Below, piece after piece: positions 8,905 through 18,567 of a stretch of 64,000 nt of DNA. The stretch covers positions 7,996 through 71,995 of the forward strand of contig JBFWVI010000007.1 in assembly GCA_050246815.1 (NCBI GenBank). The letters are read 5' to 3'. The position numbers and the translations under genes are program-made. Each line of letters opens with the position of its first letter. Position 1 is the first letter of the stretch. This DNA is from Bdellovibrionales bacterium. Its GTDB lineage: Bacteria; Bdellovibrionota; Bdellovibrionia; Bdellovibrionales; UBA1609. The notes beneath the pieces are model-generated. The model was given only the letters and a program-made list of their open reading frames with translations, ran no database searches and had not been told where the DNA came from.

Positions 8905-9883
8905 ACTCCAGCAGGATGCCGTCGCGTAAGGCGTGGTTGGTGGTGCGGACCTGATCGACCTCTAAAAAATCCAAAATTTCCAGCAATAAAATGGCGCCGG
9001 TCAGAATAATATCAAGGCGACGACGCTCCATACCTGGCAGCCGCAACAATTCAGCACGCGACATCGGCAACATTCGTTCTACCAGCAGGCGCAATTCGCG
9101 ACGGGTGAATTTCAAGCGTGGTTTGGCTCGGCTTTGCGTTTGCCACAGGCGACTGAAGCGATGCTGTTGGCGTTGGCGATCGAGCAGTCGGGCCACCGCC
9201 CGAATGGTGCCGCTTGAACCCAGGGCCAATTGGCCCGAGCGCGCGGGCCAGGTGCGAAGTTTTTGTCGAAAAACAGCTTGCACGGCCCGTCGCAGTTGCG
9301 CCACCCCCGCCAGGCGATTTTCGACATGTTGGGCGGTGTCTTGGTGCAAAAACAATTGCTGCAATCGCAGAGCACCAAGCGGCAGGCTTAACGAAGTCTG
9401 GCGTTTGCCGTTTTGACAAAGGGACAATTCAGTTGAACCGCCACCAATGTCAATTAGCACGGCCTTGGCGGCCCGTGGAGGATCGAACTGCAAAATTCCT
9501 TTAGCAATCAAATGGGCTTCTTGCGTTCCTGAGATGACACGAATTTCAATGCCGGTGTTTTTTTTGACTCGACGGATGAGTTGCCCCGAGTTTTTGGCTT
9601 CCCGTAAGGCCGAAGTGGCCACGGCCTTGACCAGCATCACCTTTTCGCGCTGGGTGCGCTTATGGAAGTTGTTGAAGGCCTGGCTCAATTTTCGAATAGT
9701 CCCGGTCTTTAAACGACCGGTGCGATAGACGCCCTGGCCGGGACGCAGCATCAACTTTTTCTTGTAGAGGCAATTGGCCGATTTGCCGTCTGCCAGCTCA
9801 TAAATGGCGAAACGCACGGAATTGGTGCCCAAATCCACCACACCGACTTTGACCGGAAGGCGTTTAGATTTTTTTCTCACCAT
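8879..9883 (-). CDS. ppx: Ppx/GppA-family exopolyphosphatase
   Basis: Motifs VGVVDLGTNSVRFAIYE and IDIGGGSTELS. The start is ambiguous: I prefer ATG 9883 with an AGGAA RBS, and ATG 9919 is the alternative. Confidence 0.83.
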   Translation of the reverse strand: MVRKKSKRLPVKVGVVDLGTNSVRFAIYELADGKSANCLYKKKLMLRPGQGVYRTGRLKTGTIRKLSQAFNNFHKRTQREKVMLVKAVATSALREAKNSGQLIRRVKKNTGIEIRVISGTQEAHLIAKGILQFDPPRAAKAVLIDIGGGSTELSLCQNGKRQTSLSLPLGALRLQQLFLHQDTAQHVENRLAGVAQLRRAVQAVFRQKLRTWPARSGQLALGSSGTIRAVARLLDRQRQQHRFSRLWQTQSRAKPRLKFTRRELRLLVERMLPMSRAELLRLPGMERRRLDIILTGAILLLEILDFLEVDQVRTTNHALRDGILLEFKPRRKMT

Positions 9884-9902
9884 TTTTCCTGTTCCTGTTC
9901 TT

Positions 9903-9924
9903 TGACACAATCCTGACATGAGGC
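9903..9924. promoter_or_regulatory. Candidate Pho box in the ppx/pstS divergent region
   Basis: TGACA pentamers occur at 9903 and 9914, giving 11-bp periodicity. The minus strand reads ATGTCAGGATTGTGTCAAAGAA. The orientation is inverted relative to pstS. Confidence 0.3.
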
Positions 9925-9973
9925 TTAAGCCATGACTACTTTATACCAAAAGAAACGGCAAAAGGGAGTCCGC

Positions 9974-11011
9974 ATGAGCAAACAACCACGACTTGGATTT
10001 GTGACCCTAATTTTAAGCGTTATCTGCACATGTTCGGCTTGGGGCGCGCCGATTTTGGTCAACGGAGCGGGATCCACCTTCGCGGCTCCCCTCTATGCAA
10101 AATGGGCGGCGGAGTATCGTCAGTTAGACCCTTCGATCGAGATCAATTATCAATCCATCGGAAGTGGCGGGGGGGTTCGCCAATTTATCGCGGGCACCGT
10201 GGACTTTGGTGCGACTGACGATCCCATGAACGACGATGAGGTCAAACAGGTCAAAGGTGCGATGTTTCACTTGCCAACCGCAATCGGTGGAGTGGTGATC
10301 ACCTTTAATATTCCGGGGCTTGAAGTGACTGAGGCCAAGCCGTTACGCCTGACGGCCGAGGTTGTGGCCGAGATCTTCATGGGCAAGATCACCAAGTGGG
10401 ATGATGCAAAAATCAAAACCCTGAATCCGGCACTGAAGTTGCCAGCGCAGTTTATCGTGGTGGCCAGCCGCGCGGATGGCAGCGGTACTACAGCCGTGTT
10501 CACGCAGTACCTGTCGGACAATAGCGCGGAGTGGAAGGCGAAGGTCGGCAATGGCAAAGCCATCAAGTTCCCAACTGGGCTGGGCGGCAAGGGCAATGAG
10601 GGTGTGACGGGATTGGTGCGCCAGAATCCGGGCGCGATCGGCTACGTGGAACTGACGTACGCCAAAGTGAACAAGTTGCCGATGGCCGCGATCAAAAACG
10701 CAGCTGGCGAGTTTGTTGCCCCCAGTCTTGAAAGTTTGACCGCGGCAGCGGCCAACATGAAAAGTGTGCCGGCGGATCTGCGCCTTTCAATGCGCAATAC
10801 AACTGGCAAAACATCCTATCCGATTGCGGCCTTTACTTATTTGCTGGTGAATCAGAACATGAGTGCCAATAAAAGCGGCAAATTTGTAGAGTTTTTGAAT
10901 TGGGCCTTGGACAAGGGGCAAACGGTTGCGCCGACGCTCAATTACGCACCATTGCCTGAAGCCGTTTTACGACGGGCGAAGCAGGTCGTCGCTGGGATGA
11001 GCGCCAAATAG
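9974..11011 (+). CDS. pstS: Phosphate ABC transporter substrate-binding protein
   Basis: It has a signal peptide and GAGSTFAAPLYAKWAAEY. An AAGGGAG RBS precedes the ATG at 9974. Confidence 0.9.
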   Translation: MSKQPRLGFVTLILSVICTCSAWGAPILVNGAGSTFAAPLYAKWAAEYRQLDPSIEINYQSIGSGGGVRQFIAGTVDFGATDDPMNDDEVKQVKGAMFHLPTAIGGVVITFNIPGLEVTEAKPLRLTAEVVAEIFMGKITKWDDAKIKTLNPALKLPAQFIVVASRADGSGTTAVFTQYLSDNSAEWKAKVGNGKAIKFPTGLGGKGNEGVTGLVRQNPGAIGYVELTYAKVNKLPMAAIKNAAGEFVAPSLESLTAAAANMKSVPADLRLSMRNTTGKTSYPIAAFTYLLVNQNMSANKSGKFVEFLNWALDKGQTVAPTLNYAPLPEAVLRRAKQVVAGMSAK

Positions 11012-11018
11012 GAATAAT

Positions 11019-12014
11019 GTGAACGAAGTTGTTGTCGACACATTGAAAGCACCTGTTTTGAATTCACCTGAACTTGTGCAATCGCGGCGTCGCGAGATCC
11101 ATCTTGCGGACCGTTTTTTTTACTATGGGCTTAAAGGTGCCGCCTGGGGTGTCGTGCTTTTGCTTTTGGCCATGATTGTTGTGATCGGTCATATGGCGTG
11201 GCCTGCGCTCACGCAGTTTGGGTTGAACTTTTTCGTCAATCGTGAGTGGAACAGCTACACACAAGAGTTTGGCGCATTGGCTTTGATCCACGGCACCCTG
11301 ATGACGTCTTTTTTGGCCTTGTTGCTGGCCGTTCCGGTTGGTGTTGGCGTCGCTCTGTTTTTGAATGAGTTGGCACCCTTGTGGCTGTCGCGTCCCATGG
11401 CGTTTGTGGTGGAAATGCTGGCGGCGATTCCAAGCATTGTTTACGGGCTTTGGGGATTATTCGTGCTGGCGCCCTTTTTACGAGAGCATGTCCAGCCGCT
11501 TTTTGCCAATCACCTGGGGTGGTTGCCGATTTTTAGTGGCCCCCCGATTGGAGTTGGCTTGATGGCGGCCGGTGTGGTGCTGGCGATCATGATCACGCCG
11601 ACGATCGCCGCAATTTCCAGGGAAGTCTTTCGCGCGATTCCAAGTACCCATCGTGAAGCGGCTTTGGGTATCGGGGCCACACGTTGGGAGATGATACGTC
11701 TTGCCGTCTTAAAAACGGGTACCTCGGGGATCATTGGCGCGGTAATTTTGGGTCTGGGTCGTGCATTAGGCGAAACCATGGCCGTGACGATGGTGATCGG
11801 TAACCGTGTCGAGATCAATTGGTCTTTATTTGCTTCGGGGCAAACCATGGCCAGTATTTTGGCTAATCAATATGCCGAAGCGGACAACGATCTGCATCTT
11901 TCAGCTCTGACCGCCGTTGGCATGGCGCTCTTTCTGCTTTCACTGCTGATCAACGGTTGCGCACGGTTTGTGGTTTGGCGTGTGGAGCGGCGATTCGGCA
12001 AAGGGGCGGGATGA
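11019..12014 (+). CDS. pstC: Phosphate ABC transporter permease PstC
   Basis: This is a polytopic permease with the EAA-like loop REAALGIGATRWE. It has a GTG start and sits in the pst operon. Confidence 0.9.
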   Translation: MNEVVVDTLKAPVLNSPELVQSRRREIHLADRFFYYGLKGAAWGVVLLLLAMIVVIGHMAWPALTQFGLNFFVNREWNSYTQEFGALALIHGTLMTSFLALLLAVPVGVGVALFLNELAPLWLSRPMAFVVEMLAAIPSIVYGLWGLFVLAPFLREHVQPLFANHLGWLPIFSGPPIGVGLMAAGVVLAIMITPTIAAISREVFRAIPSTHREAALGIGATRWEMIRLAVLKTGTSGIIGAVILGLGRALGETMAVTMVIGNRVEINWSLFASGQTMASILANQYAEADNDLHLSALTAVGMALFLLSLLINGCARFVVWRVERRFGKGAG

Positions 12015-12856
12015 AGCGGCTCAGCTTTCAAGATTGGCAGCGTCGTTGGCGCAATAACGGGGCGCGGTTGATGCTTCTTTTGCTTTCGTTGGCGGCGGTG
12101 TTACCCTTCGGTTTCATTGTTTGGCACGTGCTGCGTGAAGGGGCTGGCGCGATTAATTGGGCTTTCTTTACCCAGCTGCCAAGGGGGCCCGGTGATGCGG
12201 GGGGTGGCATGGCCAATGCCATTTTGGGCAGTGTCGTGATGGTGATGATGTCTAGTGTGATTGGTATTCCATGGGGCATGGCTGCGGGGATATACTTGAG
12301 CGAGTATGGGCAGGGGCGTACAGCGACAATTTTGCGTTTCACCGTGGACCTGCTGACCAGTGTGCCTTCGATTATTGTCGGCATTTTTATTTACGGTGTG
12401 GTGGTGGTTCGTTTTGGATTTTCAGCTTATGCCGGCGCTTTGGCCTTAAGCGTGATCATGTTGCCAATTGTTGCGCGCAGCACCGAAGAGATCTTAAAGC
12501 TAATGCCAATCCACATTCGTGAGGCCGGTTTGGCATTGGGGTTGCCGCGCTGGAAAGTGATCTTGAAGTTGGTGGTGCCGGGCTCGCGCACGGCTTTGTT
12601 GACCGGTGTGATGTTGGCTGTTGCCCGTGTGTTTGGTGAAACCGCGCCACTTCTGTTCACAGCTTTGGGTAACCAGTATTTTTCGCGTTCTTTAGCGCAA
12701 CCAACAGCGACCATGCCAGTGCAGATTTACAATTTGGCTAAAAGCGGCTTTCCCGATCAAGAGCAGCAGGCTTGGGCCGGTGCTTTGGTGTTGGTGGTTT
12801 TGGTGATCACCATCAACTTGATCACTCGATTGGTCCTTAGTCGCAAGGAGACTTAA
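12011..12856 (+). CDS. pstA: Phosphate ABC transporter permease PstA
   Basis: Its start overlaps the pstC stop as ATGA. It is a permease with REAGLALGLPRWK. Confidence 0.9.
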   Translation: MKRLSFQDWQRRWRNNGARLMLLLLSLAAVLPFGFIVWHVLREGAGAINWAFFTQLPRGPGDAGGGMANAILGSVVMVMMSSVIGIPWGMAAGIYLSEYGQGRTATILRFTVDLLTSVPSIIVGIFIYGVVVVRFGFSAYAGALALSVIMLPIVARSTEEILKLMPIHIREAGLALGLPRWKVILKLVVPGSRTALLTGVMLAVARVFGETAPLLFTALGNQYFSRSLAQPTATMPVQIYNLAKSGFPDQEQQAWAGALVLVVLVITINLITRLVLSRKET

Positions 12857-12859
12857 GCG

Positions 12860-13630
12860 GTGGCGGTGAGTGAAGACAATATTTTGCGAGTAAAAGATCT
12901 GCAAGCCTACTTTGCAGGCTTCCATGCGGTCAAAGGCGTTTCAATGGATGTGCGCAGCCGCGAGATTGTGGCTGTGATCGGCCCCTCAGGTTGCGGCAAG
13001 TCCACTTTTGTCCGCTGTCTTAACCGCCTGCATGAAGAGGTGGCCGGCGCGCGAGTTCAAGGTGAAGTTTGGTTGGAAGGCGAGAACATCTACCGCAGCG
13101 GCGCGGACCCTGTTTTAATCCGTCGTCGGGTTGGAATGGTGTTTCAAAAGCCCAATCCCTTTCCCGCCCTATCCATATTTGAAAATGTGGCGGTGGGGCC
13201 ACGTTTGATGGGCTTGAAGCGCCGCGCCTTACTGGAACAGCGTGTGGAGCAGTCGCTTAGGCAAGCTGCGTTGTGGGACGAGGTCAAAGACAAACTGAAT
13301 CGCCCTGGCACTAGTTTATCGGGGGGACAGCAACAACGATTGTGTATCGCGCGTGCCCTGGCGATCCAGCCGCCGGTGATCTTAATGGACGAGCCGACAA
13401 GCGCTTTGGATCCGATCTCCACGGCGCGAATAGAGGAGTTGATTCAAGAGCTTAAAAACCGCGTGACTGTGGTTATTGTGACCCATAACATGCAGCAGGC
13501 GTCCCGGATTTCCGACAAAACCGCGTTTTTCTTGTTGGGCTCTTTGGTTGAGTATGGGCCGACCACGCAGGTGTTCACCACCCCTCGTGACTCGCGGACT
13601 GAACAATACATCACCGGACGCTTCGGCTAG
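12860..13630 (+). CDS. pstB: Phosphate ABC transporter ATP-binding protein
   Basis: It has Walker [10 protein letters not shown], the signature LSGGQQQRL, and Walker [12 protein letters not shown]. Confidence 0.95.
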   Translation: MAVSEDNILRVKDLQAYFAGFHAVKGVSMDVRSREIVAVIGPSGCGKSTFVRCLNRLHEEVAGARVQGEVWLEGENIYRSGADPVLIRRRVGMVFQKPNPFPALSIFENVAVGPRLMGLKRRALLEQRVEQSLRQAALWDEVKDKLNRPGTSLSGGQQQRLCIARALAIQPPVILMDEPTSALDPISTARIEELIQELKNRVTVVIVTHNMQQASRISDKTAFFLLGSLVEYGPTTQVFTTPRDSRTEQYITGRFG

Positions 13631-13639
13631 GGGGATAGA

Positions 13640-14314
13640 TTGTTTCGACATTTCGAAACGGAGCTGCAAGATCTTAAGCAATTAATATTGGCGATGGGCG
13701 GCAATGTTGAAAAGGCTCTGGCGGAGGTCTGCCAGGCGCTATTCGCCAAGGACGCTTCACGACTGCGCGAAGTGCACTCCCAAGAGACCAAGGTCAATGA
13801 ATTGCAAATCGCGGTGGACCAAGCTTGCGTGCAGCTGATTGCCAAACAAGCGCCGGTCGCCAAGGACCTGCGTCTGGTCATTGCGATAATCAAAATCAAC
13901 ACCGATCTTGAGCGTATGGGGGATCAGGCCGTCAATATCGCCCATTGCACCAAAGACCTATTTCAGCAGGGCCAAGCGCCCGTCGTGCCCACCGATATCC
14001 TAACAATATCCGAAAAAGTCCGATCCATGGTTCGTGATAGTCTGGATGCGTTTGTACGTCGGGATGTGGCTTTGTCCCACGAAATTTTAGGACGAGACGA
14101 TGAGATCGATCAGTTGAAAAACAAAATCGTCGAAGATGCCGTGGTCGTCATGCGACAGACGCCCGCGCAGATTGAATCTTGCCTGGAGATGATCATGATT
14201 GCGAAAAACTTTGAACGTTTGGCCGATCATGCCACCAACATTGCCGAAGAGGTCATTTATTTGGCCACGGGCGATGATGTTCGCCATGGCAACGCCGGCG
14301 CATCAGGCGTTTAG
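13640..14314 (+). CDS. phoU: Phosphate signalling complex protein PhoU
   Basis: It shows a two-repeat PhoU pattern, with N-terminus FETELQDLKQLILAMGGNVEKAL and ERMGDQAVNIA / ERLADHATNIAE. It has a TTG start. Confidence 0.9.
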   Translation: MFRHFETELQDLKQLILAMGGNVEKALAEVCQALFAKDASRLREVHSQETKVNELQIAVDQACVQLIAKQAPVAKDLRLVIAIIKINTDLERMGDQAVNIAHCTKDLFQQGQAPVVPTDILTISEKVRSMVRDSLDAFVRRDVALSHEILGRDDEIDQLKNKIVEDAVVVMRQTPAQIESCLEMIMIAKNFERLADHATNIAEEVIYLATGDDVRHGNAGASGV

Positions 14315-14333
14315 GAACCTCAAGGAGGGCTTT

Positions 14334-15092
14334 GTGGCCGTCAGTGAAAAAAGGGTTTTGGTTGTTGAAGATGAGGGTGAGATTCGTCAGTTGATCGCGC
14401 TGCACTTAAAGCGTGAAGGTTTTGTTGTCACAGAAGTCGCAGATGGCGAAGCGGCCATGACCTGTCTTCAAGACACTGTTTTTCACTTGGTCATTTTGGA
14501 TTGGATGCTTCCCGGACGAAGTGGCCTTGAGCTGACTCGTTGGATGCGCACACAGCCCCGTTTCGACCGCGTGCCGGTTCTGTTTGTCACCGCAAAAACA
14601 GATCCCGAGCATATTGCCACAGGCCTTGATGCCGGAGCGGATGACTATTTGGCCAAACCTTTCGACACGATTGTTTTGATGGCTCGGGTGCATGCGCTTT
14701 TGCGACGCAACCAATGGTTAAATGAGGGGCCGGCTAAAGCGGCCCCTGTTCAAGCTGCTGAAGGTGCCGCCATGCGCGAGCTCAAGGCGGGTGGGCTGAC
14801 TTTACTCCCTGAGTCTTTTGAGAGCTACCTTAAAGGAGACAAACTGGATCTGACCCGTTCGGAATTTCGCCTGCTTGAAACCTTGTTGGCCAATCAGGGG
14901 CGCGTGCTATCACGCGAATCTTTGATCGAGCAGATTCAAGGCGAAGGTGTCAATGTTGTCGGTCGCACCATCGACACGCACGTGTTCGGTTTGCGCAAAA
15001 AACTTGGCGATCACGCCGAACTGATCGAAACCATTCGAGGCGTCGGTTATCGCGTGCGATTTGCCGCGCATGTTGAAACTGGATCGAAGTGA
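14334..15092 (+). CDS. phoB: Phosphate regulon response regulator (OmpR family)
   Basis: A GTG start follows an AAGGAGGG RBS. Motifs are VLVVEDE, LVILDWMLPGRSG, GADDYLAKPF, LTRSEFRLLETL and VGYR. Confidence 0.87.
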   Translation: MAVSEKRVLVVEDEGEIRQLIALHLKREGFVVTEVADGEAAMTCLQDTVFHLVILDWMLPGRSGLELTRWMRTQPRFDRVPVLFVTAKTDPEHIATGLDAGADDYLAKPFDTIVLMARVHALLRRNQWLNEGPAKAAPVQAAEGAAMRELKAGGLTLLPESFESYLKGDKLDLTRSEFRLLETLLANQGRVLSRESLIEQIQGEGVNVVGRTIDTHVFGLRKKLGDHAELIETIRGVGYRVRFAAHVETGSK

Positions 15093-16513
15093 GTCGTCCC
15101 GGATCCAATTTTCCCCGCCGTCTTTTTCGATGGTTTTTAACCCAACAAATCGTTTTGGCGGCCGTCGGCCTGGCCATTTTACTGGGCGTGATCTTACTGT
15201 GGCTCGAGAATCAAAGCGGACTTTCGGACGATCAGCTGAGCGAGGGGCGCACCATTGTTTTGGTTTCATTGCTTTGGGCGACAGTGGTGTTGGTCGGTGT
15301 TTCTGTCTTTATGGCCCGTCGCTTGATGGTACCTCTGGGTCGACTGATCGAGAAGACCAAGCGATTGCATTTATTCCCTTTCGAAGGCGAAGAAGATGTG
15401 ACCGAGCAGCTGGGTTATGATGAACCTGGCGAATGGTACGATCTTGAGCGCGCTTTGAATGAGCTTGGTCAAGATTTGCAGAATAAAACGATTCGCCTGT
15501 CGCGCGAGAAAACCGAGCTGCGCACGATTATGTCGGCCTTAAATGAGGGCGTTTTGGCGATCAATCGCGAACGACAGCCCTTGTTTTACAACACTCAGTT
15601 CGCCATGATGTTTCGGCTTGAGGGCTCTACTTCGTTGGTTGGCGAGATCGTACGTTCGCCCGACGTGTTGGCGGCTTACGAAGCGTGTCTTCGCGATGGG
15701 GCGATCCGCAGTGTGGAAACTCAACTGGAGCCGCCGGCTTATGGACTGCGAAACTTTCGCGTGTCGCTGGCGCCGCTGAAGAAAAAGCACAATCAAGAAA
15801 TCTATGGCGCTGTGGCGGTTTTTCATGACATCACCGAAATGAAGAAGGCCGAAAAAATGCGAATAGATTTTGTCGGCAATGTTTCACATGAACTGCGTAC
15901 CCCTCTGACTTCGATCAAGGGTTACATGCAAACTATTTTGCAAGATGTGCAAAGTGGCCGTACCGATCAGACCTTGGATTTTTTGAAAATCGTCGACCGC
16001 AACGTCGAACGTTTGATGCATTTGGTGGATGATCTTTTGGATCTTTCGGCGCTTCAGGCTGGCGCAGAGCTCAAACGATCGCGCATTGACTTGAAGCAGC
16101 TGACGTCTAGCGTATTCGCGCAAATCGATAGCCGCGGACATCAAGTCGAGCAGCAATTTACGGTCGAATCGCTTTTGGCTGACGAACACAAGGTCGAACA
16201 GGTTCTGCGCAATCTTTTGCAAAACGCGATTCGTTACGTGCCGCGCGGTGGTCGGGTGCAAGTGGCTTGGGAGTCGATCCCAGGCGGTGTGGTCTTGCGC
16301 GTGAAAGACAATGGTCCAGGTATCGCTAAAGAGCATCAGTCGCGCTTGTTTGAGCGTTTTTATCGAGTCGACGAAGCTCGCACAAGGCAAGTGGGCGGTT
16401 CGGGCATTGGTTTGGCACTGGTGAAACACATCATGCTTCGCCACGGTGGCCAAGTGCGTGTTGTCAGTGAGCCGGGTCAAGGCTCAGAATTCATCTGCGA
16501 ATTTCCGAATTAA
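15089..16513 (+). CDS. phoR: Phosphate regulon sensor histidine kinase
   Basis: Its start overlaps the phoB stop as GTGA. It has an N-terminal TM region, a PAS-like region, the H-box FVGNVSHELRTPLTSIKGY, and HATPase N and G boxes. Confidence 0.87.
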   Translation: MSRPGSNFPRRLFRWFLTQQIVLAAVGLAILLGVILLWLENQSGLSDDQLSEGRTIVLVSLLWATVVLVGVSVFMARRLMVPLGRLIEKTKRLHLFPFEGEEDVTEQLGYDEPGEWYDLERALNELGQDLQNKTIRLSREKTELRTIMSALNEGVLAINRERQPLFYNTQFAMMFRLEGSTSLVGEIVRSPDVLAAYEACLRDGAIRSVETQLEPPAYGLRNFRVSLAPLKKKHNQEIYGAVAVFHDITEMKKAEKMRIDFVGNVSHELRTPLTSIKGYMQTILQDVQSGRTDQTLDFLKIVDRNVERLMHLVDDLLDLSALQAGAELKRSRIDLKQLTSSVFAQIDSRGHQVEQQFTVESLLADEHKVEQVLRNLLQNAIRYVPRGGRVQVAWESIPGGVVLRVKDNGPGIAKEHQSRLFERFYRVDEARTRQVGGSGIGLALVKHIMLRHGGQVRVVSEPGQGSEFICEFPN

Positions 16514-16738
16514 ATTTTTTAGAGTTTGCAAAGGCTATTAACTGCGAGCAGGCAGCCCAACTGTTGCGCCGCTTTGGTCGTCTGACTGACAAACTTATGG
16601 ACAGGGTTGACGGGTTTAGGCTTTTCAGAGGCAAAACTGAATGGCGACTCACCAAAATGAAAATAAGAGGGCTTAAAATAAGTTTTACCAGTTCTTTAAG
16701 CCTTCAATAGCTTAGCGAAAATCAGTCCCTTCAAGGAG

Positions 16739-18193
16739 TTGGCATGTCTTCTGCTTAGACTGGGGTTGATGCCAAAAGCCTGTTTTTTATCTCTTATTTT
16801 AGGCGCCTTTTTCAGCACGATTACATCGAGCGGCTCGGTGTATGTGGTCACAGAGGTTGGTGCTTCGGACAAAGTCCAGGTAACGAATTCATGCGACGCA
16901 GTTTTGCTAGGAGCAGAATCTTTGGCTCCGATCAAAGATCGGGCAAGCCAGGAAGAGATCGTTCAATTGGTTGAAGCTTGGGTTCGTGCACGTAACAAGA
17001 TCCCTGGCGTCACTGTTTACCCAAATCTTGAGTCAAAAGATTCCTACGAAAGAAAATTGGGGATTCGACTTTCGCAGCGCTTCAAACAAAGATTTAGAGA
17101 TGACTGGATCCAGTTTTTCGCGCCAGACGTGCTTGAGATTTGGCGTAAGGCCGGAGTGAAACTCAAGGTGGAGCGTCCGTTATTAAAGACTGAACGAATT
17201 CGCATTGTGGAAGATTGGGTGCGGGCCGCTTACCAAGACAAGATCGGCCGCTATTATCCCTCGAAACACTCGGAAGATTCTAAAGAAAAATACATGTATC
17301 AAGATTTATCCATTATGCGAGCGCAAAATCCGCAGGGTTTCTTAAAATTATTTTCTAAGGATGTGATTGAAATTTGGGAAGAAACTGGTGTGATCCACAA
17401 AGGGCAGTTTCCCAATGAGGCTCATCGGCTTTATCGTGAACAGCTTCGTCAGCTGGGTGTGCATGTCCCGACGTTGTCCAAAATCTCAAATTGGGTGATC
17501 AAAACATCTCGGCAGACTCCCGGTCGACCACCAATTCCTTTGCGGATGGGTGCCACGTCGAAGGTAGAAAAACAACATCGCGAAACTTTGGAGGACTTGC
17601 ATCGCCAAGCTCCGGATTCTTGGTGGAAATTTTTCGACTATGATACGGTTAAAATTTGGAAGGCCAACGAGTGCATCCAAATCTTCAACTTTGAAATGGC
17701 CGATATTGACGGTAAAATTGCCTTGATCGATCAGTGGGTCACGAACCGCGCCGAAAGCGAATATCCTTACCCGAGTCAACACTCCACCTCGCGCTACGAG
17801 CGGGCGCTTTATTCTTTTGTCGAAAGAGTTGCGAAAGCCGAAAGGCGACAGGATTGGTGGTCACTCTTTCCGATTCGCACACAGATGAAGTGGCAAGACG
17901 CCGGCATTGCTCGTCCGGTACGACGATACTCTCATGAAGAACAAGGTGTTGAGCTGGTGGTGATTTGGGCCGAGGCTTATTTTAAAGCAACGGGACTGTG
18001 GAAAATTCCGCAGGAGCTGTATGGTCGAGCTCGAACGCTATCGACTGAGGAAATTGAACAGTCACGCATGGGCAGTATCGTGCATTATTTAAAGCGCAAA
18101 TACCGTCATCAGTGGAGTCAAAAGTTCCCGGCTGAAATTGTGGAAAACTGGCGGGCGGCAGGCCATGACGTGGATGGTACGAATCTGCAGTGA
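16739..18193 (+). CDS. Secreted hypothetical protein built from five tandem 75-90-aa repeats
   Basis: All five units share the pattern W-(V)..(Y)P.......E..L....W..(F)......W...G. The N-terminus is hydrophobic. The start is uncertain, either TTG 16739 or ATG 16769. Confidence 0.6.
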   Translation: MACLLLRLGLMPKACFLSLILGAFFSTITSSGSVYVVTEVGASDKVQVTNSCDAVLLGAESLAPIKDRASQEEIVQLVEAWVRARNKIPGVTVYPNLESKDSYERKLGIRLSQRFKQRFRDDWIQFFAPDVLEIWRKAGVKLKVERPLLKTERIRIVEDWVRAAYQDKIGRYYPSKHSEDSKEKYMYQDLSIMRAQNPQGFLKLFSKDVIEIWEETGVIHKGQFPNEAHRLYREQLRQLGVHVPTLSKISNWVIKTSRQTPGRPPIPLRMGATSKVEKQHRETLEDLHRQAPDSWWKFFDYDTVKIWKANECIQIFNFEMADIDGKIALIDQWVTNRAESEYPYPSQHSTSRYERALYSFVERVAKAERRQDWWSLFPIRTQMKWQDAGIARPVRRYSHEEQGVELVVIWAEAYFKATGLWKIPQELYGRARTLSTEEIEQSRMGSIVHYLKRKYRHQWSQKFPAEIVENWRAAGHDVDGTNLQ

Positions 18194-18237
18194 TGATTTT
18201 CGGTTGGTTTGTCCATTGATATCTATTAATGTAAGCC

Positions 18238-18507
18238 ATGAGCCTAACTGCTTACTTTGCCCATTTGATCAAGCAAGTCGAGCAATCCGACCAAATCGAC
18301 AACGCCGGCAAAGACAAAAACGGCTTTTACAAACCCACCCGCAATATTTTGCTAAAGAACCTGAATTTGCTGAAAGACTTGCACGCAAATCCCAGGGCGA
18401 AAGCCATGGTCAAGGCCGCTTGGACCCAAGTGGTGGCCGACCTGCCCAGCGAATGGTTGGTTCTAACTGAGACACAAAAAGCAGAACTCAAAAAAATTCT
18501 GGAATAA
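18238..18507 (+). CDS. Hypothetical small protein
   Basis: 89-aa ORF with an ATG start. It has no clear RBS and no recognised motif. Confidence 0.4.
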   Translation: MSLTAYFAHLIKQVEQSDQIDNAGKDKNGFYKPTRNILLKNLNLLKDLHANPRAKAMVKAAWTQVVADLPSEWLVLTETQKAELKKILE

Positions 18508-18567
18508 TCCCATCCCCGGCCGGCCGTGAACCGTTGTCCATTTTCACCCCTAAGCCGATAAGAAGGC

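Noticed and set aside
11374-11388. TGGCACCCTTGTGGC and a few other TGGCAC-containing sites, considered as additional sigma54 promoters.
   Set aside because: All are inside coding regions, and they lack the TTGC -12 element or have the wrong spacing.
15884-16480. 198-aa minus-strand ORF.
   Set aside because: It lies inside phoR on the opposite strand, and phoR has clear kinase motifs.
18554-18561. GCCGATAA, identical to the sigma28 (FliA) -10 consensus, upstream of the 18568 gene.
   Set aside because: No TAAA -35 element lies 15 nt upstream, where the sequence is TGTC. The element ends only 6 nt before the ATG, so it is probably a chance match.
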